Of a stretch of DNA of 14,340 bases, positions 8,848-14,340 are shown piece after piece (position 1 is the first letter of the stretch; every line of letters begins with the position of its first letter). Under the pieces are notes generated by a model. It did no database searches. It worked only from the letters and a program-made list of their open reading frames with translations, and had not been told where the DNA came from. The stretch comes from Promethearchaeota archaeon (lineage in GTDB: Archaea; Asgardarchaeota; Lokiarchaeia; Sigyniarchaeales; SOKP01), in NCBI GenBank assembly GCA_048938445.1, contig JBHLME010000115.1:1-14340 (forward strand). The letters run 5' to 3'. The position numbers were made by a program, and so were the translations under genes.

Positions 8848-9900
8848 TCACAAATTCTCTGAAAATAAACATAATTTTGATAAGAGAGTGGAAACTTGAA
8901 TGTCATTATCTTGACCATCCAGAGCTCGAAAATCTGCTTCTGCAATCATACTAATGATCATAGCTCTTTCATACATGCTTAACGGTAATTTATGTAATTC
9001 AATGAGAAAATATGTAAATAACTCTTGTGCATTATATTTATACGTAGATAATATGTTTCGACTTATCTCTCTTGCTTTTTTGAAATCACCTCTAAGGACT
9101 ACTAACAAGAGACTTCGCACTAGATTTTTTTGAAATTTTTGCATGGTGTCATAGAGCTTTTTTAGGTCTATTGTAGAACCATTCACGCTAGATAATTGTA
9201 ACAAATCAATAGCTCTTGAAATTCTTCCCTCTGAGGCATTATAAAGAATTTCAATTACTTTTTCTTCAAGTAATAAGGATTCATTTTTAACAATAGTCTT
9301 GATTAATGGTTCAAATGAGTTAAAATCTACTTGAGGTACTAAAAATAATTGACATCTACTAATGATAGGATCAATTATTCCGGAAATTTTCGTCGTGATC
9401 AAGATCATGCGGCAATTAGAGCCATAAGTTTCCATTAATCTCCTGAATCCTTGTTGGTTTGATCCTAATGTTTCAAAATTTTTTACGATTAAGATCTTAA
9501 ATGGCGCACCCATGACTTTTAATTGTACGAATGGTTTGACTTTTACTTGGATGAAAGCAGGCATGGTAAGCTTTTTTCCAGCAATACTTCCGATCTTACT
9601 TGTTGAAATATATGCTTCCGATCTTGCTTGAGCTCTTTCTTCTTCAGTTAAAGGAACATTCGCATGCACTATTTTTAAATTTGAATCATAATATTTCCCT
9701 AAAAACTCTCTAGCAAATAAGGTCGAGATGCTGGTCTTTCCAATCCCCTCTAATCCAACAAATAACATGTGTGGAAAATTTTTCTGTTTTATAATATCCT
9801 TTAATCTATTCTTCAATTGATCTCTGCCACAAATGTCATCTAAAGTTTTGGGTAAATATTTAATTCGCCAAATAGGGACGTCTTTTATCAATTTATTCAC
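8848..9900 (-). CDS. rfcS: Replication factor C small subunit 2 (divergent, Walker B degenerate)
   Basis: PIWRIKYLPKTLDDICG, PHMLFVGLEGIGKT, QQGFRRLMETY, IIDPIISRC (SRC arginine finger), GRISRAIDLLQ, collar AEADFRALDG..IQV; KNFE in place of DEAD. GTG start, 10 nt after the upstream rfcS stop. Confidence 0.85.
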   Translation of the reverse strand: MNKLIKDVPIWRIKYLPKTLDDICGRDQLKNRLKDIIKQKNFPHMLFVGLEGIGKTSISTLFAREFLGKYYDSNLKIVHANVPLTEEERAQARSEAYISTSKIGSIAGKKLTMPAFIQVKVKPFVQLKVMGAPFKILIVKNFETLGSNQQGFRRLMETYGSNCRMILITTKISGIIDPIISRCQLFLVPQVDFNSFEPLIKTIVKNESLLLEEKVIEILYNASEGRISRAIDLLQLSSVNGSTIDLKKLYDTMQKFQKNLVRSLLLVVLRGDFKKAREISRNILSTYKYNAQELFTYFLIELHKLPLSMYERAMIISMIAEADFRALDGQDNDIQVSTLLSKLCLFSENL

Positions 9901-9910
9901 CTTATTTTAA

Positions 9911-10891
9911 TTATTTTATTTGATTCATGGTTTCAGCTAATAATGCGAGTAATTGGATTTTCTCATCAGCACCTTGACTAATTCGGAAATCAATTTCTCC
10001 AAAGTATTCCTTTAATATTACTTGATTATCTGAGTTGTTGTTATTAATTTGATCTAAAGCATCTAAGAGTTGCCTCATGAAATTTCTACTATCTACATTT
10101 TCAATTGAATCAAGGATCTTTTTAACATTACAAAAGTTTTTCTCTTTAATTTCATGAATTAAAATGTTGAAACTTTCTATATCAAGGAATCCAGAAATTT
10201 TTAAAATTTCATTAATATCTATCTTTTTTAATAAATCAAGGGCAACAGACATCTGCAATATATTTATAGCTTTTCTTAAATCGCCTCCAGAAATAAAAAA
10301 TAAGGTTTCAAATAATTTCTCTTCATGCTCTCGGGCGATTGATAATTTTTCTAATTTTAAGATTTTTTTTAACCTCTCTACTATTTTATCTTTTGGAAGG
10401 TTTACAAATCTAAATACTGCACATCTTGAAATGATAGGATCGATAATTCTTTCAATATAATTACACATTAATATAAATTTCACATTAGAGGATGTTCTTT
10501 CTATAATCCTTCTTAATGCTTGTTGTACCTGAATCGGGATGTTATCGGCTTCATCTAAAATAATAATCTTTAACTGCTTTTCTCCAATTATCATGTTTTG
10601 ATTAGCAAAATCCTTGATAGCATGTCGCACGAATTCCATGCGAACCGTATCAGAGGCATTTAACTCGAGCACATTTCGATGATAATCTTCTCCCTTCAAT
10701 AAAGTCTTAGCAATTATGAATGCCGTGCTTGTTTTTCCCGTTCCGGCAGGTCCCGTGAAGATCATATGGGGTATGTTTTGACTATTTACAAAGTTTCTTA
10801 AATTATTAATAGCCACATTTTGACTTACTATCTCATCAAAAGAAGTAGGACGATATTTTTCAACCCAAGGAATCTCTAAATTAAGAGGCAT
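9911..10891 (-). CDS. rfcS: Replication factor C small subunit (canonical)
   Basis: PWVEKYRP, PHMIFTGPAGTGKT, LELNASD, IILDEAD, QQALRR, IIDPIISRCAVFRF, GDLRKAINILQ, EIDFRISQGADEKIQL. Confidence 0.96.
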   Translation of the reverse strand: MPLNLEIPWVEKYRPTSFDEIVSQNVAINNLRNFVNSQNIPHMIFTGPAGTGKTSTAFIIAKTLLKGEDYHRNVLELNASDTVRMEFVRHAIKDFANQNMIIGEKQLKIIILDEADNIPIQVQQALRRIIERTSSNVKFILMCNYIERIIDPIISRCAVFRFVNLPKDKIVERLKKILKLEKLSIAREHEEKLFETLFFISGGDLRKAINILQMSVALDLLKKIDINEILKISGFLDIESFNILIHEIKEKNFCNVKKILDSIENVDSRNFMRQLLDALDQINNNNSDNQVILKEYFGEIDFRISQGADEKIQLLALLAETMNQIK

Positions 10892-11050
10892 TTTCTCTGA
10901 ATAATTTCAAATTATTAAGAATTGAAAGTAAAGAATGCATAAATAATTAACTTTAAGGCTTAATAACATTAATTTAATGTTCTTTTAGTAAAATAATTAC
11001 TGATAATATTAAGATTGTCTATTTTTAGATAAATTTTAATATATATTTAT

Positions 11051-11083
11051 AAAAAAAAAAAGGAATAAATAAGAAAAAAAAAA
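11051..11083 (-). terminator. Oligo-T terminator after the 7TM gene
   Basis: A10 (11074-11083) and A11 (11051-11061) on + read as T-tracts directly after the minus-strand stop at 11084. Confidence 0.55.
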
Positions 11084-11806
11084 TTATGCTTTTAAAAACA
11101 GTTTTTTGATTGATTCAGGCATTAACCAGCCAATATACATTCCGATTGCCGAGGATATCAACAAGGTCCTAGTAAAAATGACGAAATACCATGTTATTGC
11201 AAAAGCATCTAAAAGTGCGCCTATGGTGTATACAATAAATGCAAATAACAGAAATTTACCTTTTAGTTTATTTTCTGGGTTATCGGATTTAATCAAATTG
11301 ACTGAAAGCAAAATTCCTAGAGTTGCAAAAGCTCCCGCGATGTATAGCGCAAAAAATATAGCAAGACCAGTATAACTTATATCTACGGGAGAATCCCCTT
11401 TTTCAGCAAGTTTTGATGCATCGCCTAAAAATAGTGTATAATAATAGTAGATTAAGAAAAGGACGCTTATCACGGTAACTATAATAACAACAATTAATTT
11501 CCCTTTTTTTTTAGCAATTAATTCCATTATTACATATGCTGTGAATATAAAAGTAACCGCAATAAAGGGAAATCCAAAAGAAAGATATTGCTCTAGTGCT
11601 AATCCTGTTTCATTGAAAAAAGCAACAAAATATGAGACAATTGTAGGATACCAAGGACAGGTAATACCTGTAAAACCTATACCCCAATAAATTAGAATGT
11701 TTTGTTTATATTTACGAGCTCTCAGTATGAATGTGACACCTACTATTACTGCAATTGCTACCCAAATTATTGCAAAAATTCCATTTACGTGATCATTTAT
11801 TTCCAT
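11084..11806 (-). CDS. Hypothetical seven-transmembrane protein
   Basis: 240 aa with seven hydrophobic segments separated by short basic or polar loops; upstream AGGGGA SD-like site and AAAAATTTATAT TATA-like element. Confidence 0.8.
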   Translation of the reverse strand: MEINDHVNGIFAIIWVAIAVIVGVTFILRARKYKQNILIYWGIGFTGITCPWYPTIVSYFVAFFNETGLALEQYLSFGFPFIAVTFIFTAYVIMELIAKKKGKLIVVIIVTVISVLFLIYYYYTLFLGDASKLAEKGDSPVDISYTGLAIFFALYIAGAFATLGILLSVNLIKSDNPENKLKGKFLLFAFIVYTIGALLDAFAITWYFVIFTRTLLISSAIGMYIGWLMPESIKKLFLKA

Positions 11807-11871
11807 TTTATTTAATTCCCCTACAAAATTATTTTAAATTTAAATTATAGGATAATCATTTAAATTCATAC

Positions 11872-11883
11872 ATATAAATTTTT
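11872..11883 (-). promoter_or_regulatory. BRE/TATA-like promoter element for the 7TM gene
   Basis: Minus strand reads AAAAATTTATAT about 65 nt upstream of ATG 11806; the AT-rich background lowers certainty. Confidence 0.4.
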
Positions 11884-11924
11884 GTCAAAAATTATTTCAC
11901 GAAAAACACAAAATTGAGTAAATC

Positions 11925-11935
11925 AAAAAAAAAAA
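11925..11935 (-). terminator. Oligo-T terminator candidate after the 283-aa gene
   Basis: A11 on + (T11 on -) about 45 nt downstream of the stop at 11979. Confidence 0.45.
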
Positions 11936-11978
11936 TATAATAAATATCTATATATTCATATTTATTTTTGAGAAAAAG

Positions 11979-12830
11979 TTAAATAAAATCTATGAAGGTA
12001 TCCACATCTGAAATACCTTTCACTTCTTTCCCGAAGTAATTCTTCAATATTGTAGCTAAAAAATTCATGTATGATTTTGTCATTTTGAAGTTATAACTTT
12101 CGGTTATATAATCAACCATTAGTTTTTGAGTAATTGGTTTTCCATTTTTCTCTGCTTCTTTAATTAATTCGTTACAAAACTTGTAAGCTTTAAAAATTTC
12201 ATTTCGTAATATGATTAATCCTGCTTCAAGGTCATATTCAGAAAGGAATTTTTGGATTATAGCAGATTCAATTTTTACTAATTTTTCTTTTAGAAATCCT
12301 GCCTTATCTTTAATAATTTTATCATTGGTTAATACTATATCGTTCTTATATTCTTTTTTCGTCTTTTTATACATGTCACTATTCATTACGATTAAATCTG
12401 TCATGAACGTATCTTGAAAGGCGAAATCTAAAAAGTTTAGGAAATGAGAAGTTAAAATTTCTAAATCATTTACGAAAATTATCTTTTTTTTGTTGAAACA
12501 ACCTCGAAGTATATTTGATAGTGATTTGATACTCACATTTAGTGTGATTAAATAGATATCAATCTTTTCTGCGATCGTATCAATAGTAGTAATTTCTGGC
12601 ATGTTGATTTTAATTTGAGGGAGTTCTACGGTAAAATCTGAAATGAAACAATCTCTTACTGAAAAATTTCGATCAATATATGCAACAAAAGAATGCTCGC
12701 AGATCAAGTATTCAGCTACATTTACTGCCGTTACACCCCGAGGGCTATTTACAACGATATTTTCTTCAACTTCAATTATGCCTCGTTTTTCACAGGCAGG
12801 ACATCTAACTTCTACTTTTGACATTGTCAT
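11979..12830 (-). CDS. Hypothetical protein: N-terminal Zn ribbon (CxxC...CxH) plus alpha/beta domain, possibly DENN-like
   Basis: C10-P-A-C13 and C44-E-H46 followed by SFVAYIDRNFSVR; alternative start ATG 12824. The DENN likeness is by eye only. Confidence 0.75.
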   Translation of the reverse strand: MTMSKVEVRCPACEKRGIIEVEENIVVNSPRGVTAVNVAEYLICEHSFVAYIDRNFSVRDCFISDFTVELPQIKINMPEITTIDTIAEKIDIYLITLNVSIKSLSNILRGCFNKKKIIFVNDLEILTSHFLNFLDFAFQDTFMTDLIVMNSDMYKKTKKEYKNDIVLTNDKIIKDKAGFLKEKLVKIESAIIQKFLSEYDLEAGLIILRNEIFKAYKFCNELIKEAEKNGKPITQKLMVDYITESYNFKMTKSYMNFLATILKNYFGKEVKGISDVDTFIDFI

Positions 12831-12960
12831 GGTTCTGATTAAAATGATTAATTACGTATGTAAAGAATTTATTACTTTTCGAGATTATTAATGATTAGTT
12901 ATCTCTTCAAATATAAATATTATAGTATTATGATTAAATAATTCTATGCTAATTTTACTA

Positions 12961-13443
12961 CTAATGATCATTAGGATGTTCTTCAGTAAGATCTAATTCC
13001 AGGACCTCATAAACCTTTTTAAAATTTGACCTTTTATATAATTGCTCTGCTTTAGTTGCTCTTTCTTTTAAATTCACCTTTACTTTTTGAACTTTGACTT
13101 TTTTTAGATGGTCGAGTGCAGATTCTAAAAGCAGTTTCCCTACTCCTTTTCCTCGATATTCTTTCCTTAAAAAAACTTGCTTTATATATCCTTCTGATGA
13201 GCCATAAGGATCAATTCGCAGTTCAGCAACAATCATTCCAACAACATTATTATTATTTTTTGTATCTTTTGCAATTAATATCCCATGTCGTTGGAGAGGG
13301 TCATATAACCTCCTTCTAATTCCCCAATCAAATCGTTTTGGTTCAAATTCTTGGTCTAATCCTTCGACTAACTCTTTTGTTAGCTCTTTTAAGTCGTCAA
13401 TGTCGTCTGGTGTAGCAATATCAACATTAATTTCTTGACTCAT
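12961..13443 (-). CDS. GNAT family N-acetyltransferase
   Basis: Acetyl-CoA motif A VFLRKEYRGKGVGKLLL, N-terminal ATPDDIDDL, C-terminal AEQLYKRSNF; 160 aa. Confidence 0.9.
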   Translation of the reverse strand: MSQEINVDIATPDDIDDLKELTKELVEGLDQEFEPKRFDWGIRRRLYDPLQRHGILIAKDTKNNNNVVGMIVAELRIDPYGSSEGYIKQVFLRKEYRGKGVGKLLLESALDHLKKVKVQKVKVNLKERATKAEQLYKRSNFKKVYEVLELDLTEEHPNDH

Positions 13444-13663
13444 TGTTCATCAGTTAATGCAATAACTTCCTTTGTTATAAAGAAATATTTAACCTATCTT
13501 AGTTTAAATTCTTTTTCGTTCTAATCATATCATCAAGAGATATGTTATATGTATTCATTGATTTCTTATAAATCTTAATTATTTTAAATAGATATTTAGA
13601 ACAATTAGTTCACGATTTATTCAAAAAAATGTATAATAAAAAAATCAAAAAAATTTTCTTTAT

Positions 13664-13954
13664 TTAGAGATTTCCAAAACTTTCAATTCCGTGTTTAACC
13701 CACTGGGATACTTGATCATTTGTGGTATTACAGTTTTCACATTTATCAGTAACTCCCGGTACTTGATGACTAAGGTGCACACGAGTAAAAAGATTACCAC
13801 AATTATCACATGTTATATATTTTGCGCCACAGTTAACACATAGTTTTAAATTATCTCCCCTAACAAATGGATACTTGCGTTTGAGAATGGAATCGTTTAC
13901 GAGCTGAAATTCTAACCCTCCACATTCCACGCAATGGTTACCATCGAAATCCAT
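13664..13954 (-). CDS. Small 8-Cys (4x CxxC) double zinc-ribbon-like protein, paralog A
   Basis: CVEC, CVNC, CDNC, CENC; GGAGGT at 13967-13972 upstream; aligns without gaps to the adjacent ORF. Confidence 0.85.
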   Translation of the reverse strand: MDFDGNHCVECGGLEFQLVNDSILKRKYPFVRGDNLKLCVNCGAKYITCDNCGNLFTRVHLSHQVPGVTDKCENCNTTNDQVSQWVKHGIESFGNL

Positions 13955-13983
13955 TTATCCTAAATAACCTCCAAAAAAAGTAA

Positions 13984-14247
13984 TCACGTCGTGGAAATAT
14001 AGAAATCTACATCAGGGTCTTTAAATCCACAAGAGGGACATTTGAGATTAACCTCCCAACTTTCAAGACCAGGATGAACGCGAGTATAATTCCCTTGACA
14101 TTCCTTGCAAACGAGGTATTTCCAACCACATCCAGAACACATGCGTAATTGTCCGTTCTCTACAAACTTGAAAGTTCTTTTCATCCACTCATCATGAGCT
14201 AATTCAAATGCAGTTCCACCACACCCTTCACATTTCATTTCTGGCAT
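13984..14247 (-). CDS. Small 8-Cys (4x CxxC) double zinc-ribbon-like protein, paralog B
   Basis: CEGC, CSGC, CKEC, CPSC. Start moved from TTG 14301 to ATG 14247 (MPEMKCEGC, 87 aa) because this matches the paralog's N-terminus and a TTTATATA box lies only 5 nt upstream of the TTG. Confidence 0.85.
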   Translation of the reverse strand: MPEMKCEGCGGTAFELAHDEWMKRTFKFVENGQLRMCSGCGWKYLVCKECQGNYTRVHPGLESWEVNLKCPSCGFKDPDVDFYISTT

Positions 14248-14306
14248 ATTTTTCACGTATTTTAATTCTACCACATTTTTTATATAGCAATCAAATTGCA
14301 ATTTTT

Positions 14307-14314
14307 TATATAAA
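14307..14314 (-). promoter_or_regulatory. TATA box candidate for the 8-Cys gene pair
   Basis: Minus strand TTTATATA, 60 nt upstream of ATG 14247. Confidence 0.45.
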
Positions 14315-14340
14315 TATTATAAATTCTACTTATTTTAATT

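Noticed and set aside
7480-10891. Inteins in the RFC genes (common in some archaeal RFC-S)
   Set aside because: Lengths are normal, insertions are about 40 aa or less, and no C...HN splice junctions are seen.
771-13319. Short antisense ORFs from the track (771-1061, 1889-2101, 3706-3897, 5353-5709, 6711-7007, 7994-8260, 8270-8536, 10164-10460, 11106-11375, 12211-12417, 12643-12891, 13116-13319)
   Set aside because: All lie opposite well-supported genes, carry no motifs, and have the composition expected of shadow ORFs.
12961-13443. GNAT as an Eco1-like replication-coupled acetyltransferase linked to RFC
   Set aside because: No Eco1 zinc finger or PIP box; separated from the RFC genes by two genes and T-tract terminators.
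13960-13986. Selenocysteine readthrough joining the two Cys-rich ORFs
   Set aside because: The TGA is not at a Cys-equivalent position, an in-frame TAG follows seven codons later, and the next ORF is in a different frame.
14248-14301. 18-aa N-terminal extension of the 105-aa ORF from TTG 14301
   Set aside because: It overlaps the likely promoter and has no counterpart in the paralog.

Overview
AT-rich archaeal chromosomal window, most likely from an Asgard archaeon of the Lokiarchaeia type. This is inferred from the archaeal RFC genes, TATA-like boxes, oligo-T terminators, the H-box style of the kinase and the small Cys-rich/7TM hypothetical proteins; no taxonomic search was run. Left to right: a 5'-truncated type II-like P-type ATPase (+); a FIST-domain sensor and soluble histidine kinase pair (-); an extended SDR (epimerase/3-beta-HSD-like) with a coupled membrane protein (+); then a long minus-strand run. 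That run holds an ECF S-component, a three-gene clamp-loader cluster (RFC large subunit, a divergent Walker-B-degenerate small subunit, a canonical small subunit), a stand-alone 7TM protein, a Zn-ribbon protein with a possible DENN-like core, a GNAT acetyltransferase, and two tandem paralogous 8-Cys proteins. No rRNA, tRNA, CRISPR array or mobile element was recognised. The most notable items are the three-subunit-type RFC with eukaryote-like traits, the tandem 4xCxxC pair, the Zn-ribbon/DENN-like protein, and the non-canonical ion-binding residues of the ATPase.
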